NCBI RefSeq assembly: GCF_009914755.1
Contig: NC_060942.1
Strand: one strand, 5' to 3'
DNA length: 64,000 bases
DNA from: the human T2T-CHM13v2.0 reference genome, Homo sapiens
The notes under the pieces are model-generated. The model did no database searches, was not told the DNA's origin, and worked only from the letters and a program-made list of their open reading frames with translations. The translations under genes and the position numbers were made by a program. This document shows positions 12,548 to 26,139 of this stretch, piece by piece (within the stretch, counting starts at the first letter, position 1; each line of letters starts with the position of its first letter).

Positions 12548-12995
12548 TTTATTAATTTCCTACTGCTGCTGCAACAAACTACCAAAATTTAGAGATGTAA
12601 AACAGCCCAGTTTAGATTTCTGGAGATCAGAAGTCCCAAATCAACCTCACTGGGCTAAAGCCAAGGCATCAGCCTGGCTGGGTCATTCTGGAGGCTCTAG
12701 GGAAGCATCTGATTCCTTCACTTTGCCGGCTTCCAGAGGCCACGTGCGTTCCTCACCTCATGGTGCCTTCCTCCATTTTCAAAGTCAGCACAACATCATT
12801 ACATATCCATTGCTGACTCTTAACCTCACTGCCTCCCTTTCATAAAGACCCTTGTGATTATACCAGGTTCACACATACAATCCAGGATAACCCCTCATCT
12901 CAAGATAATTAATCACTTCTGGAATGTCCTTTTTGCCATATAAACTAATGTATTCCAGATTCCAGAGACTGGGATGTGGACATATTTGGAGGGCC
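12548..12995 (-). mobile_element. MLT1 (MLT1B/C-like) MaLR solo LTR
   Basis: gctgctgcaacaaactaccaaa, ttctggaggctctagggaag, atccaggataa, gggatgtggacatatttggaggg; explains ORF 12438..12845. Confidence 0.85.
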
Positions 12996-14589
12996 AGCAA
13001 ACAGCTGGATAGAACTTGCATCAGTGGTTAAATACATAAGTGCATATAGAGAATCTGATATTCTTTACAACTTTCCTCTGTGCTGATGCTAGTTTTACAA
13101 TATCACTATATAAACACTTAATGTTTCTACGTGAAGAATATATTCTATTATCAAACCCATTAAGTCTTTAAGCCTTGAATCACCCTAATATTGTAAACTT
13201 TTCACAAGGCCATACATTTATTTGATTATTCAGATTTGCAAATATGATTTAGGGTAACTAAAATTTCAAATTTCTGTCCTTAATGAGAACATATGCAGAA
13301 AAATCATACTACACTCTTTCTGCAAATCCTTTAAGAAATGCATACATAAAATGTACAGAAACAACAGCTGACAGGTGGGCACAGCACCCCAGATGCACCT
13401 ACGTAATTCATAATACCATGTCTTGGATTTGCTTCTATTCAGTCTACATTTTATAACTGTTTTGGTTCTTGAAACTACTACTAAAAGGGTATGGTAAGCA
13501 GTTTAATGTTGTTAGATGAGTGTTATTTCTATTAACATCAGGCACTGGATTTTTTGTTTTAAGGTTTGCATTGTTCTCGCTTGCTGTTTTTCTCTCTCCC
13601 ACACGTCTTATTATACAGTAGCGAATGGATCATTCAGCACACCAGGCATTCAGGAAGAATAGAGCCTGATTATTTGGGTTTATTTATTTACATTTTCAAT
13701 TATTTTTTTAAAGAAGAGAATCATTTATTTTAATGCTCAAATTAATTATTTGACTCAATGATTAAGTGCACATTTGACAGTAAGGCTTCCAGAGATTTAA
13801 GCAGCTTTGAAAGAATTCACACAATCCCAAACTGGAAAAGTAAATGAGTTTTTACTTCGTATGGGGGCTTTGGAATCTGCAAACTGGGACAGTCAAGTCT
13901 AGCTGCTGTTCCTTGGTCCATTTGTGTAGAGTCCTAAACAGGAGGCCTTCCCTAATCATCAGCTGATCACAATAGAAAGGTTTCGATGCTCAAGCTCTTG
14001 CTTATCATCCATCATCTAAAAACTATATAATATTGCATAAGTGAAATGTAAAACATTGATTCACCTGCACCAAAAGAACTGTTAGTTCAATTAAAATATG
14101 TAAATCTTAAATGAAAATAATTAGTTAAAATGTTACAATATATTTTAGATAACATAAAGGACCTTTCTTTTAAATGTCCTCTGTGTGCACTGCATAGTGT
14201 ATTACCCAGAGCATGTCCAGATGTTTTTCAGTTTCCTGACTTTCTGATATGCTTCCCCTGGAGAGATTTGTACAAATCTTTGTAATAAAAATAGTCAATC
14301 AATTGTGGCCAATCCAATTATAAAACAAGGAGGAGATCAATCGAAAGCTTTGTTGCAATGAATATTAATATATGTGTGTGTGAGTGTGTGTGTGCATGTG
14401 CACACACATACACTTTTATTACCAAAAAAAGGTTTAAACTAGATGAAAAAATGACTTGAAAGCCATCTAGAATCTGTGTGTTCCAAGGACAGGAAGGTGC
14501 CCATCTACCAGCCTCCATTTTGCTTCCTCCATTATTTGTCTTCTCCTGGAACACTGCTATCAGTATGTAAAACATGCTCCACCTTCTAC

Positions 14590-15440
14590 TGCATTAAAGT
14601 ACCCTTGACCCCACATCTCTTTTCACAATCAACCTATTTCCCTTTTCCCCTTACAGAACAATTTGTCCACACACAGATGATGTCCACTTCTTTTTTTTTA
14701 AATTCTCTCTTCATTCATCTCTGATCCAGTTGCTGAACTTTGCATTTTACAAAACCCTGTCATCAAGTTCCATTATCTCCCTGCCACTCATATCACTGCG
14801 TTTTGTTAGTTGTCTTGTTTCTCAGTCTCTCAGTACCATCTCTTACTTGAAAAGATCTTGCCTTCTGAAAGATTACATTTTGCTGTATTTCCTTTCCTTT
14901 TGAATTTCCTCCTGTATACTCCTTTTAGTCTCTTAGAAGACTGTTATCAAACCAATCTTACCAAACTCTAAATAATAGAGTCTCCCAAATTTTATTCTGA
15001 GATTTCTGCTCTTTTCTATACACATTTTTATTTAAGCAATAGTATTGCCATGCGTGGCTTTAAAGACTATGCGACGATGTGTTAACATTACCAAAATACC
15101 TGCTTGGCATTTCCAGTGCAGTGTTTAAAAGGAATCTTACCTTTAATGTATCCAAAACATAAAATTCTCTCAGTTCCACCCCTCCTAATCCCTACACACC
15201 TGACTTTTCTTGGCACCTTCATTTGAATAAGCGGTGGCCTCATTTTGCTCAACTCCTAAACCTATGAATCTAGATTCTTCCCTACATCTCTCATACCAAA
15301 TTGAGTAACAAATTTTATTCCCTTTCTCTCCATCTTCAGTACCACTAACTGTAGGTAAAACTACCATAACCTTTCTCACTGAGGTATGGACCTCAGTTTT
15401 GCAAGGGTCTCTCTTTGCTTTCCTTCCTGCCCATTAAAAA
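14590..15440 (+). mobile_element. L2 remnant
   Basis: Pyrimidine-rich L2 phrases: ggctttaaagactat, cctgcttggcatttcc, ctttaatgtatccaaaac, ctaaacctatgaatc. Confidence 0.65.
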
Positions 15441-16664
15441 CCATTCCTTGTATGACACCAAGTACACTTTGCATTGCAATTTTTTGTGTGTGTGCTTTCC
15501 TTTACACAAATGGAACCTAAGCTTCTCAGAGGATGCAAATCCCTACTTTGGTGTCACAATTTCATGCTCCCTTCTTTGTTCCGTGTGCTCTGGATAATTT
15601 TTCATTCTTAAAAATAGAAGAAAAAAGAAAAGGAATATACAAAAAGCATATTTATTCCTCTAAAATTAACACACAAAAACATATTTCTTCTTCTAAGATT
15701 TTGCAGTTACTATTCTTGGCCTTCCTTTTCCTAAAATCTTCTCATGACCCACTCTTCTAAGTATCTTATGTCCCAGCTCAAATTGTAGCCCTGGATGATG
15801 TATAATCTTCTTCCTCAAGTACAAATGCATGTTCTCTTTGTCTGACAAGCTATAATCTAAAAGAACAATAATTCTCACCTCTGAACCGACAATGGCAGAA
15901 AACTGGGATCTGCAAATACGATGGACTGCTAGAAGGTGGAACATGGAAAACACACATCACTCCCTTCTCCACGGCTGCTGGCATCTCACTGGACTGATAT
16001 AGGGAAGACTCCTTGCTGGCATGGCAGGGAGTCTCTGTGCTTTGTCCTAACTGTGCCATTTAGCAAAACTCCCTTGTGGTTTCTGCCTGTGGCTCTGGCT
16101 GTCCATTTCAGGGGATCCTTCCTTGCCTTCACTTTCCTTTGCCACAGCACACAAGGGAACTTCAGAGGATACAGCCTTTGAACCCGTCCTCTTGGTGAGA
16201 GTTTAGGGACATGGGGATTATTTTAGGGGATTAAGAGTCATGGACAGTTGCAAACCAGGTTTAGGGGTGCTTTGGCAGTACTTAACCCTGCAAGAGTCTA
16301 GCAAGCTGTGGGTCTGATTGGTTTCAAGTATCAAATGTTATTCAGCTCATCATAACAAAACATCATATCTAGATCTAATCACATAGGTGTCTTTCATTTA
16401 GCTTCCGTGCTCTGTGGTATCACCCTCTTTCAAATTTAGGCTAGTTCCTAGTGGGTAATTGAAACAATGGGTTTAGATGAATAGGCAACACCCTTAATCT
16501 CAGTGTTGCCAGCAGGCAAACTTTCATCTCCTGCTATGGCTGCCACTTCATAGCCTGCTTCAGTGCGGGGCATAAAACAGTTGGCGCTTTACACTTTATA
16601 AGGTTCCAAGTTATGTGACTATAAGCAAACCTACATTGTAACACGTTATATTGCTTTGAAAGCC

Positions 16665-16785
16665 AAGTTTTGTAAGAGTAGACATTTTTCTTGTTTGTTA
16701 ATTGATTTATACCAGCTGTTTAGAATAATGCCTGTATAGAGGAAGTGCAGAGTACACGTATGTTGAGTAAATGAATGAGTAAGCA
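16665..16785 (+). mobile_element. L2 3' end
   Basis: ttagaataatgcctg...atgttgagtaaatgaatgagt tail. Confidence 0.7.
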
Positions 16786-17754
16786 AATGTATAATCCATG
16801 TAATTTATTAAAAATGCCACATATTTTTATGGATGCATTAATATGTAGTAATATTACAATATATATGCTGGGATGACAAGTAGCAGCTTTACAAGTGGCT
16901 AACCACTACGGAAGATGGAGAAAAAAAATTTGGGGAGATGGAGTTTTAGTTATGTCTATAGCTGTTTATAATTCATTGAAAAATTCATTTTTCACAGCTA
17001 ATATTTCAATTCATTGAAAATAATGTTTAAAGCAAATATGGAAAATGTGAAAATATTAATATTTATTATGTGTAGATACCAGGTAACTTCACATATCTTT
17101 TCCTTTTTCTTTTTTGAGACAGTCCCATTTTAATCTTTTCATAAACAGTATTATTAAGGGTTAAATGACATAACTGTATTTATTTAAAAATGCAGTTTGA
17201 TAAGCTTTTACATAGGAATACACTTGTTTCCATCATTGCCACAACAAGGATAATGAAGATTTACATTCACTCAAAAGCTTCCTGCGTTCTTTATTCCCCC
17301 TTTTTCACATATTTTGTATCAGGTTAAAATAGTTTATTATTTAAAATGTTAAATTAATTTAAAACAACAAAAACAGATTCCATAAATATGTGAAATTAAA
17401 GTGCTAGAAACCTACCTCTGCCCCCACTGAATATTTGTAAGTGGAGCTGCTCCAGTTTTATGAAGACCTCGGGTATTATTGAGGCCTCAATACCACATGG
17501 AAGTTGCAAAACTATTGTATAATGTTCTTCACTTCCTTTTTATCTATTGCTGCCTGTCTCTCTTTGGGTCATCGCCTTGTCCCTACATATGGAAGATAGC
17601 TTGAGAATCATTGCAGACTGAACTTTGCACCCAAGACTACTCTTCCTATTTGGACCCTGACTTGGTTTTCTGGAGTTAACCTTCAAAAAATTCCCATATG
17701 TTTTTACTCTTTGAGGTGTTTTAGACATGTATAGTTTCTGTATTTGACACTATG

Positions 17755-18110
17755 CTCAGTTTTCCCAAAATACACAACCTGAGACGAAAACTTGTAGGCA
17801 GGTATGTTATCAGGAGATGGGGAAACATGGAGTCTGGAAGGAGAGACAGTCCAGCCCAGCATACTTTGTTGAACAGCAGGCAATGGGCTCCGTGTTGCTG
17901 GGCACCTTAGGCATCAGCCCAGTGGTGTGAAATTCTCCACTCCTGCTATGAGGCTGAAGATGCTCCCCCAGACATCTCATCAATGCACAGTGGAAGCCAA
18001 GGAGATCCAGGGTGGAACCAAGAGATACACAGTGTAGGTAAGACCAGGGTCTCTAGGCCTGCAAAGGTGATTATGGCAGCACTGGCCACAGGGAAGGTGA
18101 CTGCGGAGAT
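17755..18110 (-). mobile_element. Probable old ERVL-type LTR fragment (LTR33/LTR16-like)
   Basis: cccaaaatacacaacctgagacgaaaacttgtaggcaggtatgttatcaggagatg resembles the reverse 3' end of these LTRs. Confidence 0.45.
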
Positions 18111-18504
18111 AAACATAGTCCAGCATGGATATTCTGCTCCTTTGAGAATGTGATTATATTTTGTTTATTTCATAAACAAACATGGATTGGACACCTAGTA
18201 AATAATGATATAATTTTTTATCACCCTCTAGGGACTGGCATGTTATTTTGCCCATTATAGGCAACCGATGTTTATATTATTCTAGTTAACATCATTTCTT
18301 ATTACATGAATAGCATGTCTAGATAATTTAATCTTTCTAGTGTTTATCAAAATATTAGATGATTGAGTTCAATTAAATTGTAATAATCACTTACCATCAA
18401 AAAGGAAGCATATTAGCAATAAGTAAATAGATAAATAAATTGATTATTTGAGAGACCAAAGTAATTACAACCATAAAAATACTAGTAAGAGCAAACACCA
18501 ATAT

Positions 18505-18640
18505 GAAAATTTGTGTCAAGCACTATCCTAAGATCTTATATCAGTTAAGTCACTTTATACTAATGATAATATTTAAGTTGTCTTAATGTCGCTGTTTTCA
18601 AGACGAGCAAACTGAAGTGCAGACTGTTTTGTAACTAGCA
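18505..18640 (-). mobile_element. MIR fragment
   Basis: tgtgtcaagcactatcctaag ... ttttcaagacgagcaaactgaagtgcaga. Confidence 0.65.
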
Positions 18641-18834
18641 TCTTATGAAAAAATAAAATGGAGTAATTTATAAGCCTTTACACCATTTTTTCTTTTCTTT
18701 TTCTTTAGAGAACAGCAGATACTGGTGCTTAAAAAGTGGACACAGGCTGGATTCATATCCTGACCTTGCCCTAGCTAGGATTCATATCCTGACTAGCTCT
18801 GCAATTTTGAATACGTTGTTATTAATTTCTTTAA

Positions 18835-19182
18835 AAATAGTGTTAAAATTACATGTGAATATAAATAACATATTTTATAATAAAATAGCTACATTGCCCC
18901 AAACAAATAATTTGCAAGAAAACTGACATTGTTTTATACGTTTTGCAAATATGCTTAATGTCGGACTTACTTGACGAAAGACAGCTGGAATCATATGAGC
19001 TCCTGCTCCTGCCCTGCTTGGAGATGATACATCACTGGTCTGTAGAAAATAATGCCAGTAAACAAATGTGAGAGAACGCCACTAAACAGTCATTATAAAA
19101 ATGACTCTGAGCTCATGAGCCCCCTGAAAGTATGTCAGGGGTCCTCTGAGAAATCCCCACAACCCACTCTGCTAATGGCTGC
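18835..19182 (-). mobile_element. Charlie1-family internally deleted hAT element
   Basis: 18925-18995 is the reverse complement of the Charlie 3' segment at about 5790-5850, joined directly to a reversed 5' end (attataaaaatgactctgagctcatgagcccc). Confidence 0.7.
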
Positions 19183-20738
19183 TAAAAATGCCAACATTGA
19201 TAATCAATTGAAACAATTCACTCCAAAGTAAAATTGTCTCATAAAACACTCCTAAGGTATTACCTAGACAAATTCAACAACTGATCGGCTACATTTATCA
19301 GTTTTCCAGTGACTTTTATATATATGTATGTATTTACATTTTTATAAAGATTTAATGTAGCCCATCTGATTTTAAAAAACTAATTTAAAAGTTTAGTAAT
19401 ACTTTTGGAAGAAAGAATTCTTTTCATTGGATAGCAAAATACCAAAGCAAGAAAGTTTCCAAATGCTTTCAGAATTCCATAATACTTAGTTAACCAATTA
19501 AACAAAAACACTTAGATATTTCTCTAGCCATGGAGCAGACGGAAGGTGGGTGTCAAAATTTTGTGTCTCATAATGCTTGTGCAATAGTTCATTAGGTTCT
19601 ACATGTGAGAACAAAATAAATGCTTATTAAAGGTCAATTCCTGGGTACAAGCCTCAGGTTCTTTTTCTTTCTTGCTCTTCAGAGAGAACATAAGGAGCCC
19701 CATTTGTAAACCTATATTGTATTCCAAGTATTATGTATTCTCTTATGATTTTGCTTACTTTCTGTTTAAATAATATATAAGGTATTCACTTAACTTTTTA
19801 TATGTATGTTTCTTTCTCTTAAAATGCCTAACAATTCGGAGTAAAGATATTTTTCATACAATCCTACTTAGAGGTGGGGAAATTTTTTTTGGTTGTTATT
19901 AGTTGTAGTTAACAGCCCCATCTCTAATTGTCAACCACTATTAATTGAAAAACAGTTAATCTCGCCCTACCATGTTTCATTCAGTCAATATTTCTGAACT
20001 CATTTTAGTTCTGAATCATTTAAGCAGAGAGTCTCCTCTTGGTGTTGTTTTGCCTGAATTCTAAAACAAGGAAGTTGTTAATAGCTCTGCCTGCATTCCA
20101 GCTTAATTAATCCTCGATAGAACCAATTATACATTAAACCACATTATCTGTACATGAAGAAATCTCAGATTCCCTGTATAGTCTAAATTCCACTTAATGC
20201 TTTTCTCATTCTCAACAGTATCCTAAAATCCTATATGCCACAATTCTCTTGGTGATCATACACCGCAATACTGCATTCCTCACACCTGCCCCTCTAAATA
20301 AAAAACTGATTGTAAACATTCTTCTCATGCTGTCCTACTGGGACTCAACATTCATGTTCCCATGATTTCCTCAAACATTTTCTCTTCTGTTTTCTCCACC
20401 TTTTCAATAATTTGATAAATATTGCTAATTAATTTTGTTAAAATTTGTTTTGTAACATACATCACTTTCCACCTTGCAATATAGTCTCTGTGTAGTTATA
20501 TTATTGGTTAAAATGTCAGATTTATAACAGAGTTATTTTACTTTTTTGTTTTCTGATTTATTTTGTTCTTTTGCCTAGGAATTAATCAATATTTGTTGAC
20601 ATAAATACCTCACTCAAAATATATATGTCAAAAATAGGCTACAAAATATGCTTTGTTTTGGTGCAGAGTAAATTTTGAGAAAGAAACTATTTTCACTAGA
20701 TCTGTAAATATTAAAAATATTCATAAGTTATAAAACAA

Positions 20739-20913
20739 TCAGTAATATACCACATAAAGGGTGTTTGCTTCTTTAGAAACCAAACCAAAGTGAATGGAAT
20801 TAATGTTCAAATGCAAAGCATCCCATAAGCTGTAGTACAAACTGTCCCACATTACATCTGCCGAAGTCCTTCCTGTATCTAATGCTTATATTAATTAATT
20901 GCCAATGGTTTTC
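20739..20913 (+). repeat. Diverged direct repeat, copy 1 (copy 2 at 23189-23371)
   Basis: Gapless 140-bp core 20774-20913 vs 23232-23371 with 22 mismatches by manual count; identical 30-mer ttcaaatgcaaagcatcccataagctgtag. Confidence 0.95.
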
Positions 20914-21184
20914 CACCAAAATAATCCATTTTAAAACCCATAATTTAAAAGATTATTGAAATAATAACAAATTGTGAATATAATTTTGAATCATTTTCAG
21001 ATACAATACTATTTTGCTCATTTTTGCTTTCTCTGGGAATTATAAACTTTCAACATTCAAATAAGAAGAGTTGGAAAATCGAAACAGACAAATGACTTTA
21101 GAATAAATTGAAAACACTAGCAAATAATGACTGCCGATAAAGAAAAAAGATAAAAGATAATTCTACACAGAAATGCTTTTCAAC

Positions 21185-21488
21185 TTTTTTTTTTTTTTTA
21201 GACAAAGTCTCGCTCTGTCACCCAGGCTGGGGTGCAGTGGCACAATCTTGACTCACTGCAACTTCCACCTCCTGGGTTCAAGTGTTCAAGTGATTCTCCT
21301 GCCTCAGCCTCCAGAGTAGCTGGGATTACAGGCACCTGCCACCACATCTGGCTAATTTTTGTATTTTTAGTAGAGACGAGGTTTCACCATGTTGGCCAGG
21401 CTGGTCTCAAACTCCTGACCTCAAGTGATTAGCCTGCCTTGTCCTCCCAAATTGCTGGGATTACAGGTGTGAGCCACTGCACCTGGCC
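21185..21488 (-). mobile_element. AluS-like SINE
   Basis: Reverse Alu; TSD cttttcaactttt; small internal duplication gttcaagtgttcaagtg. Confidence 0.96.
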
Positions 21489-21561
21489 AGTACTTTTCAA
21501 CTTTTAAGGAACAGATAATACCATAAGATTTATTAAATTTGTATGTTAGAAGATACCTTAA

Positions 21562-21895
<334 letters not shown>

Positions 21896-22256
21896 GATAA
21901 TAGAATTTTTAAGAAATCTTTATAGAAGATTAAAAAAAATTTCTTCTTACAGAAAAAAGCTCTATTTTGATTATTCTATATAATTTATTGAAATGCAATG
22001 TGTATATTAAATCTTAGATGTTTCATTAATATGAAACAAGCTGACAGCATTATTCTTAGTAAAAAGCTAGCAGAATTCTAGTCACATTTTAATAAGTGAG
22101 TTATTTTTGCTGCTTTTGTTCATAAATAATAATAAACGAGTAATAGATAAAATAATCATCATGTAATTTTCATTTCACAGGCATTATGTTCAGCATTTCT
22201 TATGAGTCATTTTTTTTTGAGCCTGCATCATTGTAGCTGCTAGGGATTCATCACTC

Positions 22257-22690
22257 AAGAAAATGTGGCACATATATACCATGGAATACTATGCAGCCAT
22301 AAAAAATGATGAGTTCATGTCCTTTGTAGGGACATGGATGAAGCTGGAAACCATCATTCTCAGCAAACTATCGCAAGGACAAAAAACCAAATACTGCATA
22401 TTCTCACTCATAGGTGGGAATTGAACAACGAGAACACATGGACACAGGAAGGGGAACATCACACACCGGGGCCTGTTGTGAGGTGGGGGGAGGGGGGAGG
22501 GATAGCATTTGGAGATATACCTAATGTTAAATGATGAGTTACTGGGTGCAGCACACCAACATGGCACATGTATACATATGTAACTAACCTGCACGTTGTG
22601 CACATGTACCCTAAAACTTAAAGTATAATAAAAAAATAAAAAAATAAAAAAATCAAAGTAAAAAAATAAAAATAATAAATAAATAAGAGA
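22257..22690 (+). mobile_element. Young L1 3' end (L1PA3/PA4-like), 5'-truncated
   Basis: ORF2 end and 3' UTR with a G-rich tract, gcagcacaccaacatggcacatg, taccctaaaacttaaagtataat and an A-rich tail; explains ORFs 22289..22720 and 22334..22534. Confidence 0.95.
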
Positions 22691-22729
22691 CAAAAATAAC
22701 TGCCCTGCGGAGTTTCCCACGGGCCCATT

Positions 22730-22865
22730 AGGGAGTTATTACGTAGTGGCCACATTTTACAGATGAGGAAACAGACTTAAAAAGGCTAATTAATTTTCTC
22801 GAAGTTACACAGTAAGTGGCAGAAGTGATTCAAACCTCAGGCTATTTAGTTCCAGGGTCCATTTT
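22730..22865 (-). mobile_element. MIR
   Basis: cattttacagatgaggaaacagac...gttacacagtaagtggcaga core. Confidence 0.85.
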
Positions 22866-23188
22866 CTTATTTATGCCCTTTATTACAGTCCCTCCATTCT
22901 TTATAAATTTGTACTGAATTCTGCAAGCAGGGAAAAATAACATGTCGAAACTTTGCAAAGCAGCCCATGAAAGCAGGGATTTGTCTTATTTGATACTGAT
23001 TTTATTTACTCCCACGGGAGGAAAAGAAAACCCTGTAAAAAGAAGACCCAGGCTTCCCAAGAGACAGGCTGAGAAACACGTTAAAGACAAAACGAAACAG
23101 CTGCAGGGCCGTGTTTCCCATGAAAAGACCCCCGCTCTACCAGTTCTTCACTTTAATCTCAAAGAGGACTACCAGCAGGAAAATGCTG

Positions 23189-23371
23189 TCAGTAATTTAC
23201 CACATAAACTGTGTATATTTCGTGAAAGCCATAGAAACCAAATCAAAGTGGATGGAATCAGTCTTCAAATGCAAAGCATCCCATAAGCTGTAGGACAGAC
23301 TGTACCACACCACACTCTCTGAAGTTCTTCCGATGTCTAATGCGTATATTCATTAATTCCCAATGGTTTTC
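23189..23371 (+). repeat. Diverged direct repeat, copy 2 (of 20739-20913)
   Basis: See copy 1; 84% identity over the gapless 140-bp core. Confidence 0.95.
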
Positions 23372-24039
23372 AAAGAAAAATGGAAATTTCTGGATTGGCA
23401 AATGTGACGGTACTTTTTAGGTCATAATGAGAAGACTCCCTACTTGGGAGAAAGAATAGTTACCTCCAGCTCCCTGCTCTTTTTTGCTTTCTTAGAATCA
23501 GCTTCCAAGCGTGCAGATGCTAATGAAAACTTTGCCTCTGGTTGGGAAGTCTGGGCCGATGATGAGCGGAGGACATTTTCTCCAATGATGCTTATGCTCA
23601 CCGTGTGCAGTGAACAAGCCTCTCTGTCGGGTTTAGAACTGAAACCACCTCTGGCTCGAGCTAAAGAACTTGGTAGAGTCCAGCCTAGATCACTGAGTTT
23701 TTACTCGAAGGCCAGACCATAATAGCAAAGAAGATTATGTATGGCTGAATCTTCTAATCTTATATTGCTCACTTTAGGAACTTTCAGAGGTAGATAGGGG
23801 ACTCAGGGCAGGGTTCTGGCTTTGCTGGCATCCTCTAGGTAATATCACCATTCCATCAACACATTTATTTATGAAAATAAAAATGAATGATTACATTCAG
23901 ACATTTGTATAGGTTAGTATTTCATTTGATTTAAGTTGTATATTTCACTCACCTTCTCGTGAACTCCAAATTATGCTACTAAACCAATCTTCCCACCTCC
24001 ATGAGCTCCCCACACTCTCTATCTTCAATTGCTTTATGT

Positions 24040-24495
24040 TACCTGCAGAATACCTTTCCAAATCCTTAGTCTAATGTTTGAACATTTCAAATATGGTCTT
24101 GACCTGCCTTTATGTCATCTCCATCTATCATTGTATTCAGCAAAAACGATTTTATTTTTGTTTCTCAACTATATCTATATGTATACCATGCTTCTTTTCC
24201 TTTGCTTAAATTGTTATTTTGATTTGGTATATTCAATCATTCCTCTTTTTTCATCTTGTTCTACACATAATCCAAGTGTCAGTTTTACCACGGTCATATT
24301 CAAACTAGCCTCATTTTCTGGTTCTTGAAATGTCTTTTATTCATTTGATACTTAATTATAAGTTTTCTTATGTTATTTTAGTGGATATGCATCATAACGC
24401 TACATACACTGTGAAATTTGGAGGTTAGGTATGCTATCTTAAATTTACTTATATTCCCTGAATGTTGGATAGTGCTTTGAATATATTAGGCCTCC
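24040..24495 (+). mobile_element. L2 remnant
   Basis: ccaaatccttagtct, tatggtcttgacctgcc, cactgtgaaatttggagg...gatagtgctttgaatatattagg. Confidence 0.55.
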
Positions 24496-24510
24496 TTATT
24501 TTTTGTTAAA

Positions 24511-24570
24511 ATACATACATATATATACATATATATATATACACACACACACGTGTGTGTGTGTATGTAC
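24511..24570. repeat. (TA)n/(CA)n-(TG)n microsatellite containing a 28-bp perfect palindrome
   Basis: atacacacacacacgtgtgtgtgtgtat at 24539-24566. Confidence 0.95.
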
Positions 24571-25418
24571 ATTATATGAATACGATTCTGTGAAATACAA
24601 ATTGCATAGGTGAGGGTTTCTTAAAAATACCTAGCAGTTAATATGACATTTAAACAAAGGAAAATTTCTGGTGGTGCTATCAGTATTTCAAGAAAAGAGG
24701 GAATTTCTATTTATTTGAATGATCCAGATAGTCACAGAAAATTCAACTTTCAAAAACCAAAGTGAGTGATCTTTCAGATGAGGTATCAAAAAAATAAATG
24801 CCAATCGTCCAGAAGGTGACTGAATTTAAAAGTTTTGGTTGCCAAGCAGAATGTGGTATTTTCACAGAAATCTCACCAAGCGTGTCCTTCATGATGCATG
24901 CCACTAATTAGGCATCTGTGCGCACCTTATGGTTGATGAATTAAGAAAAAAAAAAAACCCTCTCTTTCTTACAAAAAATACACCTACAACTTCTAAAGAA
25001 AAAATATTTATGTCTGAACGTTTCAAGATAGTCACGGTAATGAATTATCACAGCAATGACTGCTGTTTCTGTGAATTATTGAAGTCCATTGTAATCAGTA
25101 ATGGTATCTGACGTTTTCTAAATGCCTAATATTGTTCTCAGCATGAGAATGAGTGCCCAAAACTCCCTATCTACAAGAAGGATGCTAGTATTACTCTTAG
25201 AAGGTCCCAAAGCTAGTGTTTGACAGAGTTGAGGTTTGAACCAAGGGAATCTGTTCGCAGTTTCTGTTCTTCTATCCACTGTACTATACTATTCACTGTA
25301 GGAAGGCAATTTTATTAAACAGAAAATTTATGGCAGAGAGATGAATCTTAGGCTTGAAAAGTAAGGTAACATGAACAATTTCAAGAGTACGTACTAACCT
25401 TAGAACTAATAGGACCCA

Positions 25419-25713
25419 GGCCTGGCGCAGTGGCTCATGCCTGTAACCCCAGCACTTTGGGAGGCAAAAGTGAGTGGATCACCTGAGGTCAGGAGTTCGA
25501 GACCAGCCTGGACAACATGGCAAAACCCCGCCTCTACTAAAAATACAAAAGATACCCTGGTGTGGTGGCGTGTGCCTGTAATCCCAGCTAATCCAGAAGC
25601 TGAGGCAGGAGAATCACTTGAACCCAGGAGGCAGAGGTTACAGTGAGCCTAGATCACGCCATTTCACTCCAGCTTGGGTGATAAGAACCAAAAACAAAAG
25701 AAAAAAAAAAAAA
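25419..25713 (+). mobile_element. AluS-like SINE
   Basis: ggatcacctgaggtcaggagttcgagaccagcctgg; TSD gacccag. Confidence 0.95.
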
Positions 25714-26019
25714 GACCCAGTGAACTGCAAACATGCTAAGTAGGTGACTAATAAAATTTCTGTAAGCAAGACTGTTCTTTATGTGAGCAGTATAATATTT
25801 CATGAGAGCAGTGAAACATTTAAAGTTCTTAGGTTTTATTTTATGAAGAGTATATCATAAAGCTTGTAATTTAAGACAAAAAAGATAAAATCAAGTTTAT
25901 TGCTTCTTAACAAGTACTTATAATGTACAAAACACGGAAGTTAGTGTTTCATGGATTATTTTACCTAATTCTTTCCATGCCTTAAGAGGTAGTTATTACA
26001 ATGAAGTAATATTACAATG

Positions 26020-26094
26020 TATTATTTAATTAAATATTAAAATTTAATATTTAATTAAATTTTAATATTTAATTAAATTAATTAAATATTAAAA
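26020..26094. repeat. Pure A/T double palindrome
   Basis: Arms atttaattaaatattaaa/tttaatatttaattaaat (26024-26060) and ttttaatatttaatta/taattaaatattaaaa (26060-26094). Confidence 0.9.
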
Positions 26095-26139
26095 GTAGTA
26101 TTACAATGAGGTAAAATTTGATGTAAATTTTATGTTTTA

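Noticed and set aside
20540-20580. Strong polypyrimidine/AG acceptor-like sites (also 18708, 27138 and 41799)
   Set aside because: No convincing paired donor or reading frame, and such tracts are frequent in T-rich DNA.
22942-23722. ORFs of 114 and 92 aa in non-Alu sequence
   Set aside because: No recognisable domain, splice context or promoter, and the lengths are compatible with chance. Only the embedded duplicate is reported.
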